Below are positions 39,675-53,156 of a stretch of DNA of 64,000 nt, one piece after another. The first letter of the stretch is position 1. Every line of letters starts with the position of its first letter. The DNA lies in assembly GCF_001194135.2 (NCBI RefSeq), contig NC_068988.1, positions 44,407,649 to 44,471,648 on the forward strand, read 5' to 3'. The position numbers and the translations under genes are program-made. The notes under the pieces were generated by a model that was given only the letters and a program-made list of their open reading frames with translations, made no database searches and was not told the DNA's origin. This DNA is from Octopus bimaculoides (Eukaryota).

Positions 39675-39760
39675 CTTTCTCCTGGCAGTTGCCATGCATG
39701 ATAGTAAAGAACTGATCTTGTTTAATAAACACATAGACAGAAGAATTGGAGAACTCTTTT
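39675..39760 (-). CDS. Candidate 86-nt coding exon, unknown protein
   Basis: ctgtttag|AAAAGAG...GAGAAAG|gtacca; frame KEFSNSSVYVFIKQDQFFTIMHGNCQEK is phase-compatible with 38922-39011. Confidence 0.2.
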
Positions 39761-41537
39761 CTAAACAGTATAAATATACTATATCCCTATGTCAATAGTT
39801 GTTTGTGAGTGTTGTTATTCTTGTCTTTATCCATCTTGTTATTTTCATTAGTATAAATAGTACTTGTTGTTGTTCTTGTTGTTTCCAATGATGGATGATC
39901 TACGTGGCTATTTTGCAATGAATAGGATTGAATTGGGCATGATAATCACTGATATTTTACAAAAGCCCCAAAGAGATGGATTAGTTGCTGGATCAGATGA
40001 CAGGTAAGATTGATCACAACAAGAACAATGATAATGTTGATATTAGTCAGGATGTTGTTGCTGCTGCTGCTGGTGATGATGATGATATCGAGAAATGGAA
40101 ACTGGGTGGAAAATAAACTAGATATAAATTAAAGAAACTTTCAGTCAATATGAAGCCAAAATAAGTAGAAGAAAATGAAGCGATTCAATAAATACCTGAA
40201 CAGACAATTAGATTGAGTGATAGACAGACAATCAGATGGACTATATAGATGGAAAAACAAATAAAAAATAAAAGTTACAAAAAAAAAAGAAATAGAAAAA
40301 TAGGAAAATGGAGAAAAGATTAGAAAAATGGAGAAGAAATATTTTATTGCAATTTCAGAAGGAAGAATATGCTCTAAATTCTTGAAAACAGATTAATTAT
40401 GGGTATTGGGTAGAAAAGTAAAAATGGTAGAAAAAGGATTTAGCGCTAGTGTTAAGACAGTTCTGATCAGACATTTGACGCTAGGATGCTTTTTTTATTT
40501 AGTATGCAAGATGAATTTATTTATTGGAATTGTTAGCTGTCTGGATAGATTGATGGCCAGTTAACATTTATGCAAACTGCTTATATACACATAATATGTA
40601 TATTCGTGTGTATGTGTACACAACTCTTATTCTTTATTATTACTATTATTATCTTTTTAAGGGTAAATACACTCTGCCCTATTGGAGTCTTTTGCAGCTC
40701 TACAGTTGAGTAGCTTAGTTACAAACTTTTATTTCCTCTACTTTATAGCATTGATGTAGAATGTGATACTTTGCAGATATGCAGTTTTCTGAACTCCAAC
40801 AATGGAAGTTGCTCACTGTCAATTCTTTAATTCTTTTTCCATACCATATATTACATTCCTAGTGCTTCTATACTGTCTTTGAATGTATCTGTTTTCATAC
40901 CTCACATTCTTGTGATTTCAGTCTCCAGATCACTACATTAAGCAAGTTTTTTCAACTTTCTTTAACAACATTTTGCTGCCATTTGAACAAACCACGATAA
41001 TTACTGTATAAGCCTAGATATCCTGGTTCACTCTTACTTCTTTGTCAAATATATCCTTTCATATCTCAGAGAATCACACAATTTTCACTTCTTAGCACAG
41101 CCTCTGGAATATGCTTAAATAATTTTTTTACAGCTGAAAGCCTTCATTTCCATGCATGTCTTCCAGTGGAGGAAGACAACAGCCCTGTGATATCTCCTGA
41201 TATATTCTGACATGTCCTATGTGAAGCATCCATCTAGAATGTGACGGATGTTCTCATCAAACCTTCCACATACAGCATCCAGGCTAAACATTATCTTCAG
41301 AATATACCTGTGTCTCTAGCTTGGAGACACTAGTCCTGAGCTGCAATTATTAGGCTTTCAATTTCCCTTACCAGCTGTATTCCTTGAAGTTAGGTATAGG
41401 TCTGTTATTTGTCACAGTGTGGTTTATTTACTTGTTTTGGGAATGGTCTTCAAAAAGGTTTCATTTTCTTAAGTCATTTTTATTTTCTTGGTTGATATCC
41501 ATTTTAATTCTTTTGCATTGCCTGTATGCTTAGCACT

Positions 41538-41939
41538 GTGGAGGCACAATGGCCCAGTGGTTAGGGCAGTGGACTCGCGGTCATAGGATCGCGGTTTCAA
41601 TTCCCAGACTGGGCGTTGTGAGTGTTTATTGAGTGAAAGCACCTAAAGCTCCACGAGGCTCCGGCAGGGGATGGTGGCGAACCCTGCTGTACTCCTTCAC
41701 AACTTTCTCTTACTCTCATTTCCTGTTTCTGTTGTACCTGTATTTCTGTTGTACCTGTATTTCAAAGGGTCAGCCTTGTCACACTGTGTCACGCTGAATA
41801 TCCCCGAGAACTACGTTAAGGGTACACATGTCTGTGGAGTGTTCAGCTACTTGCACATTAATTTCACGAGCAGGCTGTTCTGTTGATCGAATCAACTGGA
41901 ACCCTCGACGTCATAAGCGACAGAGTGCCAACAACAACA
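41538..41939 (+). mobile_element. SINE family C, full length, 12-bp TSD
   Basis: TSD ATGCTTAGCACT at 41526-41537 and 41940-41951; tRNA head TGGCCCAGTGGTTAGG...GTTTCAATTCCC; (CAA)n tail. Confidence 0.92.
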
Positions 41940-42479
41940 ATGCTTAGCACTAAGATTGTTTATGAATTTTGAGGAATCTGTGGGTGGAGTATGTATTTCT
42001 GTTGAATATTTTTGTATTTCCTTATATATTGGGTGCAACCTTTTGATTTTGTTATGCTTTGCAACTTCATGTAATTAGGTTTGCATGTTTTGTGGGTAAA
42101 TTAGTGTTCAGCACAATTGTCACTCTCATACACACTAATGGGTCCAGGGGAGATAAAGCCCATCAGCTCTCTAGCTTCTTATCTAAGAGAAGGTAACTCC
42201 ATTCAAATACTCCATCCTGATAACAACTGGGTTTATGGCACTTGTTGCACCAGACCAATACAAGTTTGCAGAATGAGAGAGTGAGAATGGCTTTGCACAA
42301 ATAATGCTCACTGCAATGATGTGCATCATGCAGACTGTTCTGTAAACCAAGACACCAACACCAGCATCTTCACACTTTCTACTTAAGATCAGTAGACAAG
42401 ACATTGAAGTGAGAACATTATGCAGCTTTGTTCTGCTGAACTCACATTTTGAGACCTTTGGAAATGTGCTGTGCGTGAG

Positions 42480-42890
42480 AAGACCCGGCAAGCCAAGTAA
42501 GATCGTTGCCAGTGCCCCTGGACTGGCTCTTGTGCGGGTGGCACGTGAGATGCACCATTTTGAGCGTGGCCGTTGCCAGTACCGCCTGACCGGCTCCCGT
42601 AGGATTTTCGAGTGAGATCGTTGCCAGTGCCCCTGGACTGGCTTGTGCAGGTGGCACATAAAAGACACCATTTCAAGCGTGGCCATTTTCGTGCGGGTGA
42701 CACGTAAAAGCACCCACTACACTCTCTGAGTGGTTGGCGTTAGGAAGGGCATCCAGCTGTAGAAACTCTGCCAAATTAGATTGGAGCCTGGTGTTGCCAT
42801 CCGGTTTCACCAGTCCTCAGTCAAATCGTCCAACCCATGCTAGCATGGAAAGCGGACGTTAAACGATGATGATGATGATGATGATGAGAG
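42480..42890 (+). mobile_element. RTE-tailed repeat family D, young, (GAT)n tail
   Basis: Repeated CGTTGCCAGTGCCCCTGGACTGGC modules then GCATGGAAAGCGGACGTTAAACGATGATGAT; CpG-rich. Confidence 0.85.
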
Positions 42891-43499
42891 AGTCCGCACC
42901 ATTTTTATACATAATCTCAATTCGTTGAATGTCTTTTTCTCCATTCTGCTAAAGGAATTATATGCAGTGTGTGCCATCTTTTGAGTAATGTAGTCTAAGT
43001 TTTGTCAATAAGTTCGTTTTCCTGTCTATTTTGTTTATCCCTTACATATTCCAATTCACTGATGGTGTCTGCTAAGAGGATAATTGCTTCCACCTTATTT
43101 TTAAATTTATGTTCATTCTATAGAAGCGTCCTCGTCCTTTGACTATGTTCAGATAAAATTCTTACAGTCTAGCTTGCAGAATCTGTTCACCTTCATTGAC
43201 CCACAAACATCTATATCTTATTATTAGGGTTAGGGTTAGGGTTTATCTCAAGTTTATCTCATTTGTTCCCTATGCACATTTTCCCATTGTTGCTGTTCAG
43301 AACTCTGCTTTGGATATTGCAATTGTAGTTGAATGCTTAACCACAACAGATTATCAGGGAACACTTTATTGGTTTATGTTACCAAGAAGTAATGTGTGGA
43401 CGATGATAATCTATGTGGAACTCCAAATTTAACAGTAGCAATCATACAGCAATTTGCACACACAGGATACACTATGTTGTTATTATCAACTATTTTAAG

Positions 43500-44300
43500 A
43501 TGGCAAGCTGGCAGAACCAATAGTACACCAAGCGACGTGCTTAGCCGCATTTTGTCTGTTCTTATGTTCTGAGTTCAAATTCCACCGAGATCAACTTTGC
43601 TTTCATCCTCTTGGGGTTGATGAAAAAAGTACCAGTTGAGTACTGGAGTCGATGTAATCGACTCTCCCCTTCCTCCAATTTCAGGCCTTGTGTAAAATGG
43701 ATTATTATTATTATTATTATTATTATTACTACTAGTACTGCCATTAAGGCAACAGGTTGTGAGAATTGTTAGCACACCAGGTCAAAGACTTAGTGGAATT
43801 TCTTCTGTCCTTATGTTCTGAGTTCAAATTCCACCGAGGTTGACTTTGCCTTTCATCCTCTCAGGGTTGATGAAAAAAGTACCAGTCAAGTACTGGGGTC
43901 AATGTAATCGACCATCCCCTTCTCTCAATTTCAGGCCTTATGCCTATAGTAGAATGGATTCTTATCAACTTTTTAAATGTCTGCCTGATTTAAGCATCTA
44001 TGTCTATCACCTATGCATCTAGCATCTATGTCTATCAACTATTTTAAGGTGGCTGCCTGGCAGAATCATTAGCATGCCAGCTAACCTGTCCTTACATCCT
44101 GAGTTCAAATTTCACTGAGGTCGACTTGACTTTTCATCCTTTTGGGGTTGATGGAAAAAGTACCAGTTCAGTATTGGGGTTAATGTAATCGACTATCTCC
44201 CTTCTCCAATTTCAGGCCTTGTGCCTATAGTAGAATGGTAGAATGGATTATTATCAACTTTCTAAATGTCTGGCTGATTTTAGCATCTATGTCTATCACC
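43500..44300 (+). mobile_element. Three tandem family B SINE copies, including a ~290-bp segmental duplication
   Basis: Cores at ~43570, 43820, 44100; the flank ATCAACTTT(T/C)TAAATGTCTG(C/G)CTGATTT is also duplicated. Confidence 0.8.
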
Positions 44301-44369
44301 CAGATTAGCCACTCTATTTTGAAAGTGGTGTAGTCACATTTGTCAACTCTACATTTATATTGATGTCAC

Positions 44370-44690
44370 TTTTTTTTTTTTTGTGCCCTTTTAAAACCTA
44401 GCCAGGCACATGGGCCCGGTTTCCCGGTTTCTATGGCGTATGTGTTCCCCCTCCAGCTGGACGGGACACACCAGTCCATCGCAGCTTTTACTCAAGAAAC
44501 AGGAAGAAAGTGTGAGAGAAAGTTGGGGCGAAAGAGTACAACAGAGGTCGCCACCACACCCTGCCGGAGCCTCATGGAGCTTTAGGTGTTTTCGCTCAAT
44601 AAACACACACAACGTCCGGTCTGGGAATCGAAACCGCTATCCTCCGACCGCGAGTCTGCTGCCCTAACTACTGGGCCATTGCGCCTCCAC
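44370..44690 (-). mobile_element. SINE with family C head/body but a different tail and poly(A), 13-bp TSD
   Basis: TSD ATATTGATGTCAC at 44357-44369 and 44691-44703; poly(T) at 44370-44382. Confidence 0.9.
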
Positions 44691-45184
44691 ATATTGATGT
44701 CACAGCTGTCAAAAATTACTGTCTGGAAAAATAAAATATTAAGGCTATGTCATAGAGTTAGCATATAACATGATGTCATCCATATAGACAAAGTGGCTGA
44801 AAACAGTCCATTAGATGTAGCTATTTCCTGTACAATTTAGGATTGCACTTAATGAGGTGATAGCCAGACAAAACAAACATAATGACAGTAAATTTCCATG
44901 GAATATTCATGCTTTTATAGGAATTGTGCTGTATTGTATAACACCTCACTCAAGATTTTGTTTTCCACTTTAGTATACTATTTTTCCTGATTTCTATACT
45001 CCCTGGTGATAATTTATACATCCCTATTGATGAATGGATCCATGTGGTTTGCCATAATAAAATGCTTTATAGTTTATCCATGCAGTTGTAAGTTCCTCTG
45101 TTTCATCCTACAGCTTCCTATAATTGACTTGTTAGCACAGTCATAGGATTACCTTCTAAAATCCTTTTGTTTCTCTTTTTCATG

Positions 45185-45570
45185 AATAAGATGGTTCCAT
45201 GTTCAGTCCCACTGTGTGGCACATTGGGCAAGTGTCTTCTACTATACTCTTGGGCCTACCAAAGCCTTGTGAGTGGATTTGGTAGGCGGAAACTGAAAGA
45301 AGCCTGTCGTATATATGTATATATGCATGTATGTGTGTGTATATGTTTTTTGTGTCTGTGTTTGTCCCCCCAACATCACCTGACAACCAATGGTGGTGTG
45401 TTTAGTACCTGTAACTTAGCAGTTCAGGAAAAGGGACTGATAGAATAAGTACTAGGGTTACAAAGAATAAGTGCTGGGGTCGATTTGCTCGACTAAAGGC
45501 GGTGCTCCAGCATGGCTGCAGTCAAATGACTGCAACAAGTAAAAGAGTAAAGAGTAAAGAGTAAAGAGTT
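45185..45570 (+). mobile_element. SINE family A
   Basis: Body and tail near consensus; tail (GAGTAAA)n. Confidence 0.85.
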
Positions 45571-46771
45571 AAGATTACTTCTGTAGAGATCTTTATATAT
45601 CTTCTTACTTATTCTTGATGTCATGTAGTTAAAAAGCATGTAGTTAAAAAGCATGTAGTTAAAAAGCATGTAGTTAAAAAGCATGTATCTGGCCTGTATC
45701 TATAGTTTTAGGATCATCTAATGTTATGGATTTTGGTAGGAAGAGTGTTTTTCCTTTTGTTAGCCACTTTAATATTTGGTATAGGCGCCAATCATTTTAT
45801 TAAAGCATTTGTCTATAAGTAAGTAAAAGACACAGAGGCGTTTCATCCAGATATTTTGTCAAGTCCAGGCGATTTCCAATTGCCTTTTCCTCTCATGGCT
45901 TCTGTGATATTCCCCAGAGTAATGTCTTCTCATTCTTGTGGAGCCACATGATTTCATTCTTCTTTTCTTCTACTAGTTAGTTCATTTATTTTATGGGACA
46001 TTTCTGCATCCCTTATTTTCTTCCAAAATGTTTTTACTTTATATTTATTTAGTGGATTCTTCACTTGTTTTGTAATTTCTTTTCTGTAAAGCTTCCTATA
46101 TCTTCTGAGAACATTTATTTTGAACATTTTATGTTTGAATTGCTCAAATTCTCTACACTTTATTCTTTTCACTTTAACTGTCTCCCATTCAATTGATATC
46201 TCTTTTGTGATTTTAAAATCCCATTCATCTAATTTTTAAGCTTTTGATGTAACTTTAATTTTTTATGGGCTGACAACATTTTATGTCCCTGTTTTAGTGC
46301 CTCGTGTATTCTAACTATATTTTTCTCCTGTAATTTATCTCCCGCTGACAATTTTGTTTGGTAACAGGATCCATTTTAGATTTTCTAGCTTTCTAATTTA
46401 TTTCAGTACCTGCTGCTCTGGATACTGCATATTTTATTCGGTTTAAGGCCATTATATCTATTTCATTTATTTACTTTGTAATTATTTCTCACGTATGATT
46501 AGTCTGTTTGATTAGGTTTCTGTTTTTGTGTTGTATGACATTTTACTCATTTATAGTTTGAAGTCAGTTTGTATAAATTGTATCACTTCAAACTTTTGCT
46601 TGATTTCATCTGCCATATGTTCTAAATCACTATGTTGGTGCTAATAGTTCTTTCATAGTATTTATAACTTGGCAGTATTAGGTTTGGAATTGTCTGTTGC
46701 ACATTTACTAGTATTTAATACCTGTGTTGGTGTTCATGACTCTTTCTTTTTTCTTATTATTTGGTAGTGTT

Positions 46772-47150
46772 AAGGTGGTGAGCTGGCAAAATTGTTAGCA
46801 TGCTGGGCAAAATGCTTAGTGGTATTTCGTCTGACAGTATGCTCTGAGTTCAAATTCAGCCAAGATTGACTTTACTTTTCATCCTTTCAGGGTTGATAGA
46901 ATAAGTACCAGTTGAACACTGGGGTCGATGTAATTGACTATGCCCCTCCCAAATTTCAGGCCTTGTGCCTATAGTAGAAAGGATTATTTGGCAGTAGTAA
47001 ATAGATAAGTGGAATTGTTAAAGCAGAAAAAAAAAAAGCCTTGTGGTTTTTGTTCTGGCCCTTTACATTCTTAGTTCAAATTCTGATAAGGTCAGCTTTG
47101 GTTTTCATCCCTTCAAGCTGGGTAAAATAAAGTACCAGTCAAAAAATGAG
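46772..47150 (+). mobile_element. Family B SINE (46772-46990) plus a decayed second copy
   Basis: GGTGGTGAGCTGGCAAAATTGTTAGC head and Meta-like core. Confidence 0.8.
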
Positions 47151-47194
47151 GTCCACTACAAAATTTAGTCTTTGTTTTGGTGGCTTGTGTGCTT

Positions 47195-47567
47195 CAATGA
47201 CCCTGTGAGTTATGTTAGTGAAGCAGAAATTCCAGGTAGGTCTTCCCATGCTGGACTAGTCAAAGGATAGAAGCCAGACTAATATGGCTTACCTCTTCCA
47301 AGAGGTAAAAATAGGTTTGCATTGAGCCAACACCCCTACCTAGAAAAAAAGTAGGGTGACAGAAGCAGTAATGACAGTTCAAAACTACCAAGACTTGAGA
47401 GAGGAAGGCCTTCCCTCAAGGAAACATCACAGAATATCCAGATGATGTATTGAACCAGGAAGGAAAAAGCAAGGATTCAAGCAGAAGAGATGGCCCAGAA
47501 TTGAGAAGAATAGTGGAGAAAATTGTCAAGAACTTAAGCTCCTTAGGGAGTGATAGGCTTAAGTGAG
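47195..47567 (+). mobile_element. RTE deletion derivative (5' UTR-like part joined to 3' end)
   Basis: CCCATGCTGGACTAGTCAAAGGATAGAAGCCAGAC 5' UTR-like; PGRKKQG...AQN-like C-terminal remnant. Confidence 0.45.
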
Positions 47568-48537
47568 CAAATACTAGAGTCAGTGACTAAAGCACTACCA
47601 TCAAAATTGTTGGCCTTATGTCTGAGTTAGAAAGAATTATTATTTGGCAATGCTAGACCTGGAGTTGTCTGTTCCTTGGTTTATTGCTACTTCATCTCTG
47701 TTCTGCTGCCTTTGTATTCTCTTCTTATATGATTTGTGTTTCTGTTGCATTCTGTAGATGTGTAGTTTCTACTATATTAATTTATCTTCGTATTTCACTA
47801 TATTTTCTCATTCAATTCATGCTATTCATTCTTTTTTCTTTTCTTATTTTTTTTCCTTTTTTTTATACATTGTCTCTTCATACATTTGATAGCTTTCCAC
47901 TATTCATTTGTAGCTGAATCTCAGGAATGCTCTTTTATCAGATTTGGTAAGTTGATTCCATAGTATTACCTAAGGGATTTAGTTTGGCAGTAAATAAGGT
48001 TTTTATAATCTCTATACATTTGGCTCTAACCCATTTCTGCCTTACTTGTTTGCTTCTCTGTTGTTGCTATTTTATTTTGACTTCGCAGTGCACAGTGAGA
48101 TTTTCTCTCATTATGTGGTTCCAGTTAGTTATGTTACATTGCAGAACTTTTTCTGTTCATTTTTTTTTATTTCAAAAACATTTTGGAATTGCATTGACCT
48201 AATTCTTGATACGATAATCAATGTAAAATATTTATAAACTTTTGTTAACATCACTTGTATACAGGAAATCCAATATGTACATTAGTTCTTTTGTTATAAT
48301 ATTAAGTATCATAACCTTGGTCATGTCTCTGTGAATGTTCACACTAGCTGGTGAGGTTATTTCACTAAAAGTGGTTGTTTTCTTTTGCATCTGGTACAGA
48401 ATATGAGACAGCAATACAAAGCCAAGGTTCTCTTGCTAGTCGTACATGATCCACTATGCTTTGATCCTTCTGCCTTGCTGTGGTGGTTTTCATTACCTAA
48501 TCAATCACTAACAAGAACAACAAGATTAGGACACAGC

Positions 48538-49732
48538 CTTGGCAGAGTCCAGTCTTCATTGTGAAATTCCTTGTCAATCTTTGATCATGGAGAAACCTGC
48601 AGGTCATTCTTCATATGATTTTCAATACAATTTTTAGTCTTCTGCAGCATGCTGCTGTCTTTCAGTATAGGTCTCATAGTCTCATAGTAAATATTATCAA
48701 AAGATTTTTTGTAGTCTGTGAAACTTAAATACAAGGGTGATTATCAACTTATATTTTAACTTAGTGGTACTTCTATTATTCTTTTAACCTCTCATCAACT
48801 AGCACAAAGCCAATTCCCTCAATACACCCCCTGCTTCAACACAGATACACCTCCAGTCGAGGGGGCTTTGTCTTGTCTTGCAATTGACTTGGTGGTTCCA
48901 CCAATGCTGATGCCATGAAAAAAAGCCTCCAGTATACTCTGTAATAGACTATGAGACCAATGGTGAAAGACAGCAGCATACTGCAGAAGACTGTAAACAT
49001 TGTATTGAAAATCATATGAAGCATGACCTTCAGATTTTCCCATGATGGTAGATTGGCAAGGAATTTCGCAATGAAGACTGGACTCTGCTAAAGCTGGGTC
49101 CTTTATTATGTGGTTTCATTTTACTGGGTTATCCCTGTTTATTTTTTTGATTGTAAAGATTCTGGAATTTTCATATCACTAATCCCACTTACAAATGATG
49201 ATAAGTGTCATTACACTTTGGTCATGCAAGGGCACCACCTTCAAAGATTAGTTAAAAAAAAATCAACCCTGGTACTTACATTTTAAAACTCTGTATTTAT
49301 TCTATTTGTCTTTTATTGAACCACTAAGTTATGGGAATGTAAACAACCCAACACCAGTTGTCACGTAGCAGAAGGAATAAACACAAACCCACATGCATCC
49401 ATCCATCAATCTATCCGTCCATCCATCCATCCAGCCATGTGTCCAACCGTCCATCCATCCATCCATCCATCCATCCATCCATCCATCCATCCATACACAC
49501 ACACCATCATTATGCACATCTGTTTTCCATGCTGGCATGGGTTGGACAGTTTTACAAAAGCTGGCAAGCCAGAGGGCTCTGTCAAGCTCTATTGTCTGTT
49601 TTGGCTGGATGCTCTTCCAAACACCAACCGCTTTACAGAGAGTGTGCTGGATGCTTTTTGTCATGGCATCAACGCTGGTGGAGCCACCAAGTCATTTGCA
49701 AGACAAGACAAAGCCCCCTCGACTGGAGGTGT
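48538..49732. repeat. Two interlocking inverted repeats
   Basis: 48538-48682 vs 48946-49093 (~85% identical) and 48847-48943 vs 49633-49732. Confidence 0.85.
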
Positions 49733-50158
49733 GTGTTTGCGTGTATGTGTGTGTGTGTGTGTGGGGGGGGGGAATTGTATTGAGGGAAGTGGCTTTGTGC
49801 CAGTTGACAAGAGGTTAAAAGAATAATAGAAGGATAGAAATAGGCATCTTGTTGTAGAAGAGTTACAAAGATAACCCAGTTGGAGAAGAAGGAGGAGAAA
49901 GACAGACTTAGATGGAAAGTAAGAGATGGAGAGAGTGAGAGAGATGGAGGTGGATATGTGTCAGGACATACCCTTGAGTTGCAGTGATGGGGGAATATAG
50001 GTGGAGTGATGCAGAGGATTGGGCTGGGTGAGTGAGAAGGTGGGACAGGGGGGAGTGTTTCAGAAGAATGTGTTGAGAAATGGTTAGATGCTATAAAAGG
50101 TGACTGTTGTGATTGATGGTGAGAGATATATGAGTGACTCAGGTGGAAGGATTACACA

Positions 50159-50266
<108 letters not shown>

Positions 50267-50279
50267 AGATTTCTACACA

Positions 50280-50760
50280 GTTTCATCCTCATCATTTAGC
50301 ATCCATTTTCCATGTTAGCATGGTTTAGATGGTTTGACTAGAACTAGTAAGCCAGAGAGTTGTACCATGCTCCAATCTGATTTTGGCTTGGTTTCTATGG
50401 TTGGATGCCCTTCCTAATGCCAACCACTCCAAAGGTGTAGTGGATGTCTTTTACATGTCACTGGCAAAGGTGCCATTTATGTGTCACCAGCACTAGCCAC
50501 AACTATGATTTAACTGGGCTTGATTAGTCTTCTCAAGCACAGCAAATCACCAACGGTCTCAATCACTCATCATCACCTCTGTGAGACACAACATTTGAAG
50601 ATCATGCTTCGCCACTTTGTACCATGTCTTTCTGGGTCTATCTTTTCCATCTACCAAACTAACTCACAAGGCATTGGTCAGCCTGGGGCTAGAGTAAAAG
50701 ACACATGCCTAAGGTACTACATATTGAACTCAGAACCATGTGGTCACAAGTGAATTTCCT
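50280..50760 (-). mobile_element. Family D repeat plus partial family A head
   Basis: Reverse family D tail after (CA)n; reverse family A 5' part at ~50630-50770. Confidence 0.65.
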
Positions 50761-51070
50761 AGCCACACAGTCATACTTCCACTTATAACCTATGCTTTTT
50801 AATTAATAATCTCTAATTTTCTAGAAATGTTAAAGGCTTTCCCAGTCACTACCTGCATTTTTTCTCAATAGTTTGAGCCAGACCAGGTGAATGACATAAA
50901 TGAATGTGAAGTAAACAAACAGGCAACAAACTTAACATTAGAATCTAACTCAAAGCTGATCATTTGATTTTGAGGACAATGACACAGGCAATCTCCTGAC
51001 AAATAAGTTCAGATAATAAAATTTTTGAGAATTACTCACTATTTTTCTTCTCTGAAGTAAATGATGTATT

Positions 51071-51112
<42 letters not shown>

Positions 51113-51437
51113 AGGTCATAAGCGATGTTTTGGAAAACTAGACTTTGTTATTGGTGTGTTCTTTGTGGCAGCTGCTTCTGTTTATTGTCACAATAATGCT
51201 TCCACGTTCCTTTTAGTTTATGTTGTTTTGCTCATATTTATTGCTTTCACAGTTAAATTCTTGGTTTTTGTTATTGGATTACTCCTGGGTCTTGAACCTA
51301 CAACATGCATTCACTTACATCATTGATTATTATCAAAGAAATTATTAGAAATTACCATAATTAAAATGTAAGGCACTTCTTGTTGTTGTTGTTGTTGTTG
51401 TTGTTGTTCTTCTTCTTCTTCTTCTTCTTCTTTTTCT

Positions 51438-51478
<41 letters not shown>

Positions 51479-51724
51479 TTCTTCTTCTTCTTCTTCTAAA
51501 CAGTATACGTAATATAAATTCCTCATCTCAGAAGCATAGAATTGTTTCATCCTTTGTGTAGAATAAGTGTAATGGGGTGGTGTGTGTGTGTTTGTGTCTC
51601 TGTGTGTGTGTTTGTTTATGTGTGTATCTGTGTGTCTGTGTTTTGTATGAGGTGTTCAACTTTGATGGCAGCTTCCCATCTTCCCATCATATAATAAATG
51701 ATATATACATATAATATAGACACA

Positions 51725-52590
<866 letters not shown>

Positions 52591-53094
52591 TATGCAACTG
52601 AATTAAACTACATTTCACACAAAGGAATGAACCAAAGAGTCAACGACTGAAATGATTCCAAATAATTCTGTGTGTGAATCCATTAAACTTAAAAACTTAA
52701 TCTCCATTCAGTATTTGAAGGTCATGTGAGATTAGTAGAGCTTATCCTTCTCCAAGCTATACTTGTTGCAGGATTTTAATCTTGCATTGCAAATGGATAA
52801 GCACATTAATCAGTTATTTTACAGATGTTTCTGCTAGGTTCAGTAATGATGTACATGTTTTGTCTTTGCTTTTAATCGTTTAAGTCAATGAACTGTGACC
52901 ATGCTGGGGCACTACCTTACATGTGTTTCAATTGGTTATATCAACTCTAGTGCATGTTTAAGTTTGGTAATTATTTCATTGAGTTCTATTAATTGAGACA
53001 TTGAATAGTGCATCTCAATGATGCACACACAATCAAATGCACACACAGACACAGACATACACAGGTGTGCACACACATATGCACACACACATAT

Positions 53095-53140
<46 letters not shown>

Positions 53141-53156
53141 TAGGTTTCCACACAGC

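Larger units (their letters stand above)
40640..46750 (-). mobile_element. Fragmented R4/Dong-type non-LTR retrotransposon (RT + zinc knuckle + RLE)
   Basis: Colinear minus-strand remnants: GNWKSPGLDKI (~45870), NLTTAWINYKAF (~45070), FHGNLLSLCLFCLAI and SHFVYMDDIMLYA (44760-44910), KNKVEAI and NKIDRKT (42950-43110), AAQD*CL, ENIRHILDGC, VFLHWK (41150-41350). Confidence 0.75.

Noticed and set aside
39866-40003. Plus-strand 46-codon frame ending at a strong GTAAGA donor; similar plus candidates at ~39059-39137 and ~59640-59765
   Set aside because: No recognisable homology and no consistent chain of exons; conflicts with minus-strand candidates in the same area.
43166-43210. Apparent 45-nt minus-strand exon with a strong donor
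   Set aside because: Lies within the decayed R4/Dong element and is better explained as TE sequence.
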